Below are positions 18,732-28,444 of a DNA stretch of 64,000 nucleotides, piece by piece (the stretch's first letter is position 1; each line of letters begins with the position of its first letter). This DNA comes from Erysipelotrichaceae bacterium (GTDB lineage: Bacteria; Bacillota_I; Bacilli_A; RFN20; CAG-826). A model generated the notes under the pieces. That model ran no database searches. It was given only the letters and a program-made list of their open reading frames with translations, and was not told where the DNA came from. The stretch is from contig SVBB01000009.1 in the NCBI GenBank assembly GCA_015059105.1, forward strand, positions 252-64,251, given 5' to 3'. Both the position numbers and the translations under genes were made by a program.

Positions 18732-19595
18732 CTATTGCATATAACTTAACCAAGTGATGAGGATTCGTTCGTCGTTTAATATCTTCTCAGTAGAACGGAA
18801 TGTTCCATTCTCATGGAATTTCAAATCCGTTTTTAAGGATTCGAGTAAACCTTTAATAAAGTCTGCAAATGTATTGGAACGGTTGTGCATAAGCGCGCCT
18901 TCAATATTATTGATGAGATATACTCCACAGTCTTCAATATTGAAGTTTGTGTTAATTAGTTTTTCAACACAGAAAATTGCTTCCTCTTCTTTTTTGATCC
19001 ACTCAGTCGTGTCTTTATCTTCAATTCCTTTAATTCTTTCTAGACGGTCTTTTCTTTTCTCTAATTCAATCTTAAGTAAGAACTGCAAGTCAAATTCCAC
19101 TTCATAGATTTCAAACTTATTAACTAATTCTTCTTTTAATGGGTAAGTTGAGTTCGCGGAATCTTCTCTAAATCCAGTCGCGATGACAAACATACGATTA
19201 GATAAATCAAAAGTATCAAACTTCGCGTTTCTCATTTCTGGTTTAGAAACTAGATCAACAAGGAGATTATCTCCTCCTGTATCTCTACCATAATTAAGTA
19301 ATTTTAAATAAATGAGAAATGGGTTCTTCATACGTTCAGTGATGCCACTATCAAGAACATAGATTTCAGGTTTACTTTTCTCTAAGAACCCCCTATCATT
19401 CTCTTCCCATAACACGGATGGGTATGGGTTCATGATATATTCAACTTTATTATCTTTTAACCATTTGTCAACGATTTCGTCTAGGACGATATCATGACGA
19501 CATAAGAAGTATATATTCTTCGCGGTCTTACCTTCTTTATATAGTTTTAGATTTTCATCTAGTAACTTAGTTATCTCTTGACCTTTAATCTTCAT
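18732..19595 (-). CDS. hypothetical protein
   Basis: Track ORF with RBS AAGGAGTGAAATAG. Confidence 0.5.
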   Translation of the reverse strand: MKIKGQEITKLLDENLKLYKEGKTAKNIYFLCRHDIVLDEIVDKWLKDNKVEYIMNPYPSVLWEENDRGFLEKSKPEIYVLDSGITERMKNPFLIYLKLLNYGRDTGGDNLLVDLVSKPEMRNAKFDTFDLSNRMFVIATGFREDSANSTYPLKEELVNKFEIYEVEFDLQFLLKIELEKRKDRLERIKGIEDKDTTEWIKKEEEAIFCVEKLINTNFNIEDCGVYLINNIEGALMHNRSNTFADFIKGLLESLKTDLKFHENGTFRSTEKILNDERILITWLSYMQ

Positions 19596-19751
19596 ATAAC
19601 TATTTCACTCCTTTATTTTTATCTAGAAAGGTAATGGTGTTATTTCCATTACATAATATATGATTACCTATAACGGGATATCCCTTATTTTTTATTATAA
19701 TCTAAATAATAAACCCCGTAAAACACGAACATTCTACGGAGTTTTGTTGTT

Positions 19752-20708
19752 TTAGTACTCCAAAGAATACTTACGGATGGCCCAACTCTTCTCACTCTCG
19801 GGAAGTAACTGTTTAGATTTCTCGATATCTTCTTCACATCCATATCCATAGTAATACATCACTGATAAAACTAGATTCGCGAAGGGATGACGATTCTCTA
19901 CTGGGATAGAACTAAGTTTTTCAAATATCACTTTAAACTTATCCATCAAATCCTCTGGATCAAGGAAGGATTGATCATAACGAGAATAACAATCAAATCC
20001 ATTCGTGTAATAGAGAAACGCTTTCGCGTAGTTCCCTTTCTCGTATTCAAAGTCACCCATCTTAGGATGATATTCTAATCCACAGTTCTCCGCGGATAGT
20101 TGATAATACTTCTTAGCCAAGGAGATATTCTTCTTCACTCCTAATCCATCTCGATACATATCCCCTACTTTATCTTGGTTGAGGGCCATCAAATAAAATG
20201 GGTACTCTATCTGACGACCAGTGTCAGAGAAGTCCGCGCCTTTTTTATAGAAACGGAAGGCTTCTTTATATCTCTTTCTCTTATATAAATAATTACCAAC
20301 ATCATTCAAAGATGATGAATATAAATCATTCATATCAGGATAGGCGTGTTTAAGTAAGATATGTTTCTTTTTAATCACTCCTTTTTGGATATAAGTAGGA
20401 AGAACACCAAATCTTTTAAGAAGGATGAGATAAGCTCTATCTCTATCTTCTTTGTTCTTCTCTATTAACGCGTACTGATATATAAGGAAGAACGAACATC
20501 GATAATCCATCCCTGGACGATAAGAGAGGATTGGTTCACTTTCAATCTTTTTAAACTCTTCAAAATAGTGTTTCAAACATTTAATCGCAAGAGGTTTATC
20601 TTTCTTTAGAAGTGATTTGATAACTCGATCATAGCTAGACATATCATCATAGTAACTATGGATATCAAATACCCCGTTACTTTTTCTTAAACTAGATACC
20701 AAGTTCAT
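19752..20708 (-). CDS. Sel1-like repeat protein
   Basis: GDMYRDGLGVKKNISLAKKYYQLSAENG and YYYGYGCEEDIEKSKQLL. Confidence 0.65.
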   Translation of the reverse strand: MNLVSSLRKSNGVFDIHSYYDDMSSYDRVIKSLLKKDKPLAIKCLKHYFEEFKKIESEPILSYRPGMDYRCSFFLIYQYALIEKNKEDRDRAYLILLKRFGVLPTYIQKGVIKKKHILLKHAYPDMNDLYSSSLNDVGNYLYKRKRYKEAFRFYKKGADFSDTGRQIEYPFYLMALNQDKVGDMYRDGLGVKKNISLAKKYYQLSAENCGLEYHPKMGDFEYEKGNYAKAFLYYTNGFDCYSRYDQSFLDPEDLMDKFKVIFEKLSSIPVENRHPFANLVLSVMYYYGYGCEEDIEKSKQLLPESEKSWAIRKYSLEY

Positions 20709-21612
20709 GATAACCTCCTTGAGGGAGTAAGGAGAGGGGTTTTCTCTCCTTTATATCTAAGGCGTGGATATGATCAATCACTTGATCGCCCACTACTTCG
20801 ATATCCCCTTCGAGTAACATCTTGATGATGAAGCTATGACCGGCAGGGGTGAACCCACAATCAATCACTTTCTTCATACTATCTAAATTCAAATAATCAC
20901 TTTTACTAACCGATGGATATTTAACTCTGTTAACGTAAGAGTTATATAATTTCTCTTTCGCGGTATCGTAATAGTAGTTATATCCATCGAAATCCACCAA
21001 GGCGATCTTCTTACCGGAATCATATAAACTCTTAATCCATTTATAACTTTCCGTTTTTACAATTAACTTCGCGTACTCTGGAATGTACATCTTCTTACGA
21101 GCTTCCACGTACGTTAATCTTTTATATTCTCCATCTTCATAAAACACCGAGAACAAACAATCTTTATCCTTATATCCGAGTAGGGAATGGGGACGACGTG
21201 ATTCCGTTTTATTCTTCACTTTCTCCATATCATACCAACTCTTTCTCCAAGAGAAGAATTCATCAGTAAGTTCATCACATACGAGGTGACAGGGGAAGAC
21301 CTTGGAGGCCTGCCAGAAGTGTTCAAAGATATGACACTTGAGACCATCGCTAGTAACGAGAGGTCCGAGATAGAACGGACTCACATCCTTATGGAATCCC
21401 GGATGATCTTTCATGAATTCCCTATCTCTTAACACACGAGAAGTAACATCGATGACCACATAATCACTGAGATCATCACTAACCTGAGAAGTATACCACC
21501 TATTCGTATACTTGAGGTTCATCGGGTGGTGCTTGAGGCACACGACGTTTCTGTTTTCTATAACTATTGCCCTCCTAAAAACAGTACAATCACTCCAAAT
21601 TTCTCGGAGCAA
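20692..21612 (-). CDS. hypothetical protein, possible divergent NADAR (YbiA-like) domain
   Basis: VSPFYLGPLVTSDGLKCHIFEHFWQASKVF resembles the NADAR motif LSNFyxxPf..g..yxsvEhyfQaxK. TTG start after AAGGAG. Confidence 0.3.
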   Translation of the reverse strand: MLREIWSDCTVFRRAIVIENRNVVCLKHHPMNLKYTNRWYTSQVSDDLSDYVVIDVTSRVLRDREFMKDHPGFHKDVSPFYLGPLVTSDGLKCHIFEHFWQASKVFPCHLVCDELTDEFFSWRKSWYDMEKVKNKTESRRPHSLLGYKDKDCLFSVFYEDGEYKRLTYVEARKKMYIPEYAKLIVKTESYKWIKSLYDSGKKIALVDFDGYNYYYDTAKEKLYNSYVNRVKYPSVSKSDYLNLDSMKKVIDCGFTPAGHSFIIKMLLEGDIEVVGDQVIDHIHALDIKERKPLSLLPQGGYHELGI

Positions 21613-21679
21613 TATAGTTATATACTCCTTTATATGATACTTATAAATTTAACGAAGAAATGTTCTTAATTGTGTACAA

Positions 21680-21702
21680 ATAAAAAGCGCGAATTAACGC
21701 GC
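21680..21702. terminator. GCGCG-loop-CGCGC with A-run and T-run on either side (bidirectional)
   Basis: AAAAAGCGCGAATTAACGCGCATTTTGTT, located 3' of the LRR gene. Confidence 0.6.
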
Positions 21703-21818
21703 ATTTTGTTCGTAATGTGTGATGTATGTGGCTATTTGTTGCATTACATATAGGGGGTTATTATTGATTCTCGTGAATATTATCAACTAGTTCATTAATG
21801 AAATAACTTATTTATGGA

Positions 21819-22691
21819 TTATTTATATATGAATCTAGGTATATACGTGAAATATGATTCCCTATCATGAACAAAGCAACTACCTGGAACCACCACTTCT
21901 TTTAAAGAGCGGCAGTTAGAAAAAGCAATATTATCAATTTCTTTCATAGTATCAGGAATAAATACTTCTTTAAGGCGTACACAATGTTCAAAGACATAAC
22001 CAGTTAACTTAGTGACACCGTTAGGAATAGCAATTGATTCTAGCGATTTACAACTAGCAAAGGCGCAGTCATCTAATCTATTTAGGTTGTTAGGTAATTT
22101 AACATGCTTAAGAGAAGAGCACGTACCAAATGCAGCAAAAGCAATAACACTAGTATTGTCAGGTATATCAATATCTTCTAAGCTAGTGCATTCCTTAAAT
22201 GCATAATCACATATTCTTTCTAATTTCTTTGGAAAACAAACGCTTTTTAATGAAGAACATCCATAGAAAGTATGTGCGTTAATCTTACTTACTTCCTCTG
22301 GAATAACGACTAAAGAAAGAGATGAACAATCGCAAAAGGCTTCACGGTTAATTTTTGTAACGCCTTTTGGAATATCAACTGTTTCTAAAGAAGTACATCC
22401 TTTAAATAAGCCTTCATCAAGTAATGTTAATTTTTTAGGGAGTTTGACTTTTTTTAAAGATGAACATTTATTAAAAGCGTAACGTTTAATTTTAGTAATG
22501 GTATCAGGTATTTCAATAGAAACTAAATTGATACAATTACTAAAAGCATTCTCGGCGATTTGACAAACTTCTAATCCTTCATATGTCGAAGGTATTTCAA
22601 TCTCCGTTATTTGATCAAGTGGTTGTTTAGCTTTGACTTCACACTTTTTACTGTTTAAAGGTATGAACTCTAAAAAATCAATATTGCTCAC
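21819..22691 (-). CDS. BspA-type leucine-rich repeat (LRR_5) protein
   Basis: Repeated (I/V)xIPxxVxxIxxxAFxxCxSLxxV units. Confidence 0.8.
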   Translation of the reverse strand: MSNIDFLEFIPLNSKKCEVKAKQPLDQITEIEIPSTYEGLEVCQIAENAFSNCINLVSIEIPDTITKIKRYAFNKCSSLKKVKLPKKLTLLDEGLFKGCTSLETVDIPKGVTKINREAFCDCSSLSLVVIPEEVSKINAHTFYGCSSLKSVCFPKKLERICDYAFKECTSLEDIDIPDNTSVIAFAAFGTCSSLKHVKLPNNLNRLDDCAFASCKSLESIAIPNGVTKLTGYVFEHCVRLKEVFIPDTMKEIDNIAFSNCRSLKEVVVPGSCFVHDRESYFTYIPRFIYK

Positions 22692-22815
22692 TATTAATAT
22701 CCCCTATTTACTGCAGTAATTATTATACTTCTAGTCCTCATCCATATCATCATTAAAATCGGTTCATCTACCTATAAAAGGAGCTCCAAACAGGAATAAT
22801 CTACTTCTTTGAAAG

Positions 22816-24159
22816 CTATTTTAAGGCAAAAAGCATGTACGAGGGTAAATTAATAAGATTGTCACCATAGCTTAGTGGTTTAGGTTTTACAATATATTTT
22901 TCTCCAACATTTTTGCCAAATTTCATTTTGAATTTGTTTAGCGACGATAAAGATGAAACCTTTTTCGATTTAATCTCTAGAGGCGTTGTCTTTCCATTTA
23001 AATTAATAAGAAAATCAATCTCGTAATTCTTATTTTTTTCATCTTCTTTGTCATTCCAGGAATAATAATATGTTTCAAAGCCGTTTGATGACAACGCTTG
23101 AGCGGTGTAATTTTCAAAAAGCATCCCTAAATTTAAACTCAATTTATCTAACACTATCTTTTGATAAATATCACGAGTGTCGTTTTTATTGCTTGCATAA
23201 ACCATAGAAACAAACAAACCAATATCACAAAAATATAACTTAAACATGGTTTCATCTTTTGTTAATGCAAATCCACCACTAGGATCATTACATTTAAAAA
23301 CAGGTATGACTATTTTTGACTCTTCAAGTTTGTTCAAAGTATTTTTAAACAAAACAGAGTCTGCTCTTTGATCAACCGAAGAGACAATAAATCTAGTTGA
23401 ATGATTGGATAACATATTTGGTATTTGCTTCCAAACCATATAACAAATAGTCCCATATTTATTGTCTATTTTTCTTAAGTCATCTTCATAAAGGTTGATA
23501 ATTCTCTTTTTTTCTTTTTCAGCATCGTAAAAATCATGATTAACCAAATACTCCAACAAAACTTTTGGCATACCTCCAAGAGCTAAATATAGTCTAAAAT
23601 TTCTCAGGAATGATTGATGATATTTTTGGTCAAATGGTTTCCTATTATTGAAGCATTCCTTAAGCAAAGCTGCTTCATGTTCTGCGCCAATAGCCCACAA
23701 GAATTCTTCATAGTCCATTGGATACATTTGAATGGTTTCTTCTTCTGAAGGAATTAAGATGTTTGAAGTGTTTTCTTTAATAGAAACAAGTGATCCAGTT
23801 TCAATATAATGATATCTACCATCAGCAACTAATCTTTTAATTGCCTGTCTTGCTTTTGGGCAGAATTGAATTTCATCAAAAATAATCAAACTGCCAACCG
23901 GCAAATGATGAATTCCTAGATCTAAAAATAATTTAGAGAAAAAATCATCCACACTAAGTAAATTATCAAAATTCTTTTTAAAGTCTTCTGACACTATCGA
24001 AAAATCTATTGTAAAAAAGTCTGGGTATTCATTTTTTCCCAATTCTTCAGCAACAGTTGTTTTGCCGATTCGTCTTGCCCCCTCAATAAGAAGAGCTGAA
24101 TTCCCATTTGATTCCTTTTTCCATTTCAACAAATCTTGATATATTTTTCTCTTAAACAT
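22816..24159 (-). CDS. AAA ATPase with C-terminal PD-(D/E)xK-like module (AAA_14/DUF4143-like), copy 1
   Basis: Walker A IEGARRIGKTT; Walker B IIFDEIQ; C-terminal EIDFLI...PLEIKSKK. Confidence 0.7.
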   Translation of the reverse strand: MFKRKIYQDLLKWKKESNGNSALLIEGARRIGKTTVAEELGKNEYPDFFTIDFSIVSEDFKKNFDNLLSVDDFFSKLFLDLGIHHLPVGSLIIFDEIQFCPKARQAIKRLVADGRYHYIETGSLVSIKENTSNILIPSEEETIQMYPMDYEEFLWAIGAEHEAALLKECFNNRKPFDQKYHQSFLRNFRLYLALGGMPKVLLEYLVNHDFYDAEKEKKRIINLYEDDLRKIDNKYGTICYMVWKQIPNMLSNHSTRFIVSSVDQRADSVLFKNTLNKLEESKIVIPVFKCNDPSGGFALTKDETMFKLYFCDIGLFVSMVYASNKNDTRDIYQKIVLDKLSLNLGMLFENYTAQALSSNGFETYYYSWNDKEDEKNKNYEIDFLINLNGKTTPLEIKSKKVSSLSSLNKFKMKFGKNVGEKYIVKPKPLSYGDNLINLPSYMLFALK

Positions 24160-24211
24160 ACTATCTTTCTCACTGTTAATTATATATTAATAAGACTGTG
24201 TATCAATAGCA

Positions 24212-24295
24212 ATTTGCAAAAATGTAAGTATTTGTATTGACCATATTTGCAAAAATGTAAGTATCAACAATACATAAATTTGCAAAGATGTTAGC
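24212..24295. repeat. 3 direct repeats ATTTGCAAAAATGTAAGTAT, 33-bp period
   Basis: Units start at 24212, 24245 and 24278 (the third is degenerate). They lie 50-140 bp upstream of the AAA copy 1 start. Confidence 0.85.
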
Positions 24296-24396
24296 TTTTG
24301 TTATTCGTCGCTTAAATAGCCATTCTCTTCATTTGTGTTTTAGTTCGCTTATAACTTTTCTGTATAATTTCATTATAAAAATCCTCTTAAGATGAT

Positions 24397-24481
24397 ATTA
24401 GGGAATTTTCCATTATTGTTTTACCTCATTTTAGGGACTTTTCCATAACGATTATTGCCAATATTAGGGACTTTTCCATAA
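24397..24481. repeat. 3 direct repeats ATTAGGGA(A/C)TTTTCCATwA, 33-bp period
   Basis: TTAGGGA at 24398, 24431 and 24464. Confidence 0.85.
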
Positions 24482-24601
24482 AAGTTGCAGAACTCTCTGA
24501 TGATGTACTGATAAAGTAGGTACATCAATCTCTTTCATGAGACACCAATCTCAAATATAAGAAACACCACTATAGTAAAATAGAAACAAAGGAGGAAGTA
24601 T

Positions 24602-24745
24602 ATGTGGTACTCAGATAAAGAAAGAGAAGACTTGGTAGAAGAGTCTATACACACGAGACCAGCAAAGAACAGGCATGCAAGGAATATGACATCTCAATTA
24701 CCACTGTCGTTAACTATGTCAAACTTTATCTTAAAGCAGTTTAAA
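24602..24745 (+). pseudogene. frameshifted remnant of an IS3-type transposase OrfA HTH
   Basis: RBS AAAGGAGGAAG, then MWYSDKEREDLVEESIHT. After a frame change it reads TSKEQACKEYDISITTVVNYVKLYLKAV*. Confidence 0.45.
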
Positions 24746-24858
24746 AGGCAAAATCGACATTTTTGTCAGTGCTGAGGCTTTTGTCAATTATATCGTTACA
24801 AAATGTTTATGCTTTTTCGTCTACTGTTTAGTCTATTTTCTAATTTTTGATTATCAGA

Positions 24859-24950
24859 CAAAAAAAGATAACAGCATATTAGCGTCACCTATTCTTCTTG
24901 ATAATTATGATTTATTATATGAATATAATAAGTGATAGGAATTATCGCTC
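24859..24950. repeat. conserved intergenic module, copy C (A-run, GTCACCTATTC, ATTATATxAATATAATAA)
   Basis: Matches the modules at 46305-46400 and 49238-49300. Confidence 0.7.
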
Positions 24951-25421
24951 TTTTAGTTGTAGGCATAGACTGTTTCGAGGTAATTCAGACCACAGTTTTT
25001 ACCTCGATATTAGTTTGCCATAATCAAAGTGATTTGCAATATTTGGTCGGAGTGATTTGCAATATTTATTGTCTATCATAAAAACGTAATAGTTGGTAAT
25101 ACTTTTACATAATATACAGAGTATAAGTGGGGTATATCTATGAAAAAGATTACGATAGTCCTATAATATTCAGGTATCTGTTTAACAAATAATGTAATCT
25201 AGCCATGTACTTGGTTAGATTTTCTTTTTATCTAACAAGTATAATCAATATATGCCGTTATCCTGCTTAATATTCATACAGCTTTGACTGTCAGATTTCA
25301 TGCTCAGGCATACGGCTTTTCTTTTAATCGCTAATAGGTTGATTAACGCTTTGACGTTCCAGTAACAGATGATTCGAAAAGATAAGCTGATATGGTTAAT
25401 ACGGCAAGAAAAGGAGGTCTT

Positions 25422-26633
25422 ATGGACTTTTATGTTGGAATCGATGTTAGTAAGTTTAAACACACTGTTGCTATCATTGATCAAAATGGAGAAATTAGAA
25501 AGAAAAGCTTCGATATTTCTAATTCTCGAGAAGGGTTTGATTCACTCTTAAATGAATTAGGTTTGCTCGGAGAAAAAGAGCAAATAAAAATAGGGATGGA
25601 AGCAACTGGACATTATATGAATTGTCTAGTGAGATGCTTAATCTCTAATGGATACCAATTCCAGATTTATAATCCAAGTCTGATTTCTATGTTTCGCGAC
25701 TCTGAATCAGTTAACTTGGCCAAAACGGATAATCTAGATGCGATGTTAATTGCTAAATATGTAGCAACTCATCCATTTACTTCATCCCCACAATTATCTT
25801 ACCTTATTGGAGAGATTCGTAAAATCTCAAGAGCAAAATATTTTCTTTTTGGAGATAAGACAGCTTGCTATAACCATTTACTAAGATATTTAGATGAAGT
25901 GTTTCCAGAATTTGTCTCTTTCTTTAAGAAAAACGAAGATGGAACGAGAAAAAACATGGGTAGAAATCTATTCGAATCACCCACAATTAGATGGCTATTA
26001 AGTGAATATACAACTCCTCAAAAGATGGCAAGGATGAGAAGCGAAACTGGTGAAACGTTAAGAAGAATGTCAAAAGGTTCGATTAGTTTTAATAGATTTA
26101 ATCAGCTAAGAGAACTCGCTAAAAATTCAATCGGTTATTCTACAGAAGTTGATGAACAAATAATTAGAAATCTCGTTACTCAAGTTAGAATCATTGATGA
26201 AGAAATAGAGATGCTTAATGAATTACTAGAACCACTCATGGAACAATTAAACTCGCCAATTCTTACCATTCCTGGAATAGGTATTAATCTTGCCGCAATG
26301 ATTATAAGTGAGATAGGCGATATATCTCGTTTTAGTAATCCAGAAAAACTAATAAAGTTTGCTGGTCTAGACGTTAAGGTTTATCAATCAGGCACGATTA
26401 ATCATAAAGGCCATATTAGAAAAAGAGGATCTCCTATTTTGAGATACGCTCTTGCATTAAGTGTTCAAAAATTAAGAATTCATTCACCTGTTTTTTCAGA
26501 ATATTATTATTCAAAATTAAGACAGGGAAAGGCAACAAATGTCGCGATAATTGCCACAACTAGAAAACTAATTCGAGTCATTTGGAAGATGATGACTACT
26601 AATCAAGTTTTTGAAAACATTAAAAGAGATTAA
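25422..26633 (+). CDS. IS110-family DEDD transposase/recombinase
   Basis: MDFYVGIDVSKFKH, GMEATGHY, DAMLIAKY, IPGIGINLAAMIISEIGDISRFSNPEKLIKFAGLD. RBS AAAGGAGG. Confidence 0.9.
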   Translation: MDFYVGIDVSKFKHTVAIIDQNGEIRKKSFDISNSREGFDSLLNELGLLGEKEQIKIGMEATGHYMNCLVRCLISNGYQFQIYNPSLISMFRDSESVNLAKTDNLDAMLIAKYVATHPFTSSPQLSYLIGEIRKISRAKYFLFGDKTACYNHLLRYLDEVFPEFVSFFKKNEDGTRKNMGRNLFESPTIRWLLSEYTTPQKMARMRSETGETLRRMSKGSISFNRFNQLRELAKNSIGYSTEVDEQIIRNLVTQVRIIDEEIEMLNELLEPLMEQLNSPILTIPGIGINLAAMIISEIGDISRFSNPEKLIKFAGLDVKVYQSGTINHKGHIRKRGSPILRYALALSVQKLRIHSPVFSEYYYSKLRQGKATNVAIIATTRKLIRVIWKMMTTNQVFENIKRD

Positions 26634-26661
26634 TTGAAGCTAAAATCTCTATTTTTTAAAA

Positions 26662-26685
26662 AAGCAAAGCTTTTGCTTCCTTTTG
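26662..26685 (+). terminator. AGCAAA-loop-TTTGCT followed by a T-rich tract
   Basis: Small hairpin directly 3' of the transposase. Confidence 0.4.
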
Positions 26686-26723
26686 TCGTACCCTTTTGCA
26701 AAAATTTATAAGATAATAGTTGT

Positions 26724-27539
26724 ATGAAATACGCTTTGATTTCTATATCTGCTATCATAGTGGCAATCGCTATACCAACATTAATAGTCTTATTAGTAAA
26801 TAAGAAACATAAGATAAAAGGTTGGCTAAAAGCCATCATCATTCCTGTTTCATCAATTGTGTTAACAATCTCTTTTATACTTATTTATTTCGCGATTCAC
26901 TATCCAGCAACTGATAGAGCAAGAAGTTATTTAAAAAGTGATGAAGTAATGAGTCTAAATATCAATGACCACTATTATCATTTTGATAACAAAACAAATG
27001 ATGACACCGCTATCATCTTCTATAGTGGGGCAAAAGTTGATCCAGTCGCATATTCCCCATTATGTAGTGAGATTGCACATATGGGAGTAGATGTATATCT
27101 CATCAAGATGCCTTTATATTTCCCATTACTTAATATCAATGGAGCGGATTCTGTTGCATCACTAAATAAGCACAATAACTTATATCTGATGGGTCATTCC
27201 TTAGGTGGAACAACCGCATCACTATATCTATCTAAAACAGATAACCCATCATATAAAGGGATTATCTTTCTCGCGTCATATCCAAATAAGAAATTAAACG
27301 ATTCATTAAGATGTTTATCTATATATGGTTCTAATGACAAAGTGTTAAACAAAAATGAATATAACAACAATATCTCTAATATGCCATCCAACTATAAAGA
27401 AGTAGTTATAGAAGGTGGCAACCATTCCAACTTTGGAGATTATGGTTTCCAAAGAGGTGATGGCGAAGCAACAATATCTAACGAGGAACAAGTAAATATC
27501 ACAAAGAAAGCAGTTATAAACTTTGTTAATGGTATCTAA
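26724..27539 (+). CDS. membrane-anchored alpha/beta hydrolase
   Basis: Two N-terminal hydrophobic helices. Nucleophile elbow MGHSLGG. Confidence 0.7.
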   Translation: MKYALISISAIIVAIAIPTLIVLLVNKKHKIKGWLKAIIIPVSSIVLTISFILIYFAIHYPATDRARSYLKSDEVMSLNINDHYYHFDNKTNDDTAIIFYSGAKVDPVAYSPLCSEIAHMGVDVYLIKMPLYFPLLNINGADSVASLNKHNNLYLMGHSLGGTTASLYLSKTDNPSYKGIIFLASYPNKKLNDSLRCLSIYGSNDKVLNKNEYNNNISNMPSNYKEVVIEGGNHSNFGDYGFQRGDGEATISNEEQVNITKKAVINFVNGI

Positions 27540-27571
27540 ATTCTTTGAAAATTGTTAAAATGTTCTTGAAT

Positions 27572-27618
27572 CCACCCGTGGTAGTTAATGACTACCGCCT
27601 AGAGGGGGTTCTTTTTTG
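27572..27618 (+). terminator. GGTAGT/ACTACC stem within a CCC..GGG stem, followed by TTCTTTTTT
   Basis: Lies 3' of the hydrolase gene. Confidence 0.6.
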
Positions 27619-27668
27619 GTAAAAGTTGTTACGAATAAAACTACTATAAAACACACAAATCAAAATAA

Positions 27669-28088
27669 TCACGCTTTCACATTTTCACGTTTTTCACTAT
27701 AAATTTTCATGAGTTCTAATAACATCTCTAATGGTCGATAAGACTTTCCTTTTTCTGCTTGTAAGAATCTATTAATCCAATCCTTATACTCATCTCCTAA
27801 AAAAGCAAACACTCTAACCGCGTTATAAAGACAGAACCCATTCGAATGATTAACAAATTTATTCAACCACTGTTCTGCTTCTTCAATATTGTTTTCATAA
27901 ACAAGAAGATATACACCATATTCAAATTCACCACGAGCCATGCCAGATTCTGCCTGTTCTTTCAAAAACGCTACTTCTTCCTGGGTTATTGATTGATATG
28001 TAGGCGATATTATCTTTTTTTCAATTTGTTCAATCTTTTCAACATCTTTCCAAAGCTGTTCAGTATCTATCTCTTTATAGTAATCCAT
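27669..28088 (-). CDS. hypothetical protein (helical, TPR/Sel1-like feel)
   Basis: Track ORF. Confidence 0.45.
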   Translation of the reverse strand: MDYYKEIDTEQLWKDVEKIEQIEKKIISPTYQSITQEEVAFLKEQAESGMARGEFEYGVYLLVYENNIEEAEQWLNKFVNHSNGFCLYNAVRVFAFLGDEYKDWINRFLQAEKGKSYRPLEMLLELMKIYSEKRENVKA

Positions 28089-28141
28089 TCAGTTATCCCA
28101 ACACTCCGTTCATCCTCAAATATTATAAATCTATAACAATA

Positions 28142-28338
28142 AAGCAAGTAGGCAAAGAAGAAAAAACCAATAAGATAAAAGATGTAGAAAGGTACACTGA
28201 CGAATTGTTTCGCGCTAACCGCATCAGTGATTACATCCGCTCTATTATCAGAGAAGCGATTCAAAAATTCTCTCTTCTACTAATTGGCAAAATTAAAAAG
28301 ATGGAACGTTCTGAAGTTCAAAAGCTGCTTGGCAACCT
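28142..28338 (+). pseudogene. start-less fragment of a ribbon-helix-helix-type protein
   Basis: Open frame ...RISDYIRSIIREAIQKF...* has no ATG. It is followed by a plus-strand terminator. Confidence 0.3.
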
Positions 28339-28409
28339 AGACACCTGAATTTCCATCTCAATTAGCGATATCAATTCAGAAATTAGTGAATTGATGCCGC
28401 ACTAGTATG

Positions 28410-28433
28410 AGCTCCTTCATTGGAGCTTTTATT
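28410..28433 (+). terminator. AGCTCC-loop-GGAGCT followed by TTTTATTAT
   Basis: The T-run exists only on the plus strand. Confidence 0.55.
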
Positions 28434-28444
28434 ATGTGCAAATT

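Larger units (their letters stand above)
25140..26690 (+). mobile_element. IS110-family insertion sequence (boundaries not determined)
   Basis: IS110 transposase with about 270 nt of non-coding 5' flank. No terminal inverted repeats, as expected for the family. Confidence 0.45.

Noticed and set aside
24212-24481. A CRISPR array, suggested by the regularly spaced repeats (also at 46218-46295, 49020-49096 and 50813-50898)
   Set aside because: Each array has only 3-4 units of 13-23 bp with 10-20 bp spacers. The repeats are not palindromic, there is no cas gene, and the arrays sit in promoter positions. They are better described as operator- or iteron-like direct repeats.
28067-28264. 65-aa minus-strand ORF upstream of 27669..28088
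   Set aside because: It overlaps the better-supported plus-strand RHH-like fragment and has no RBS.
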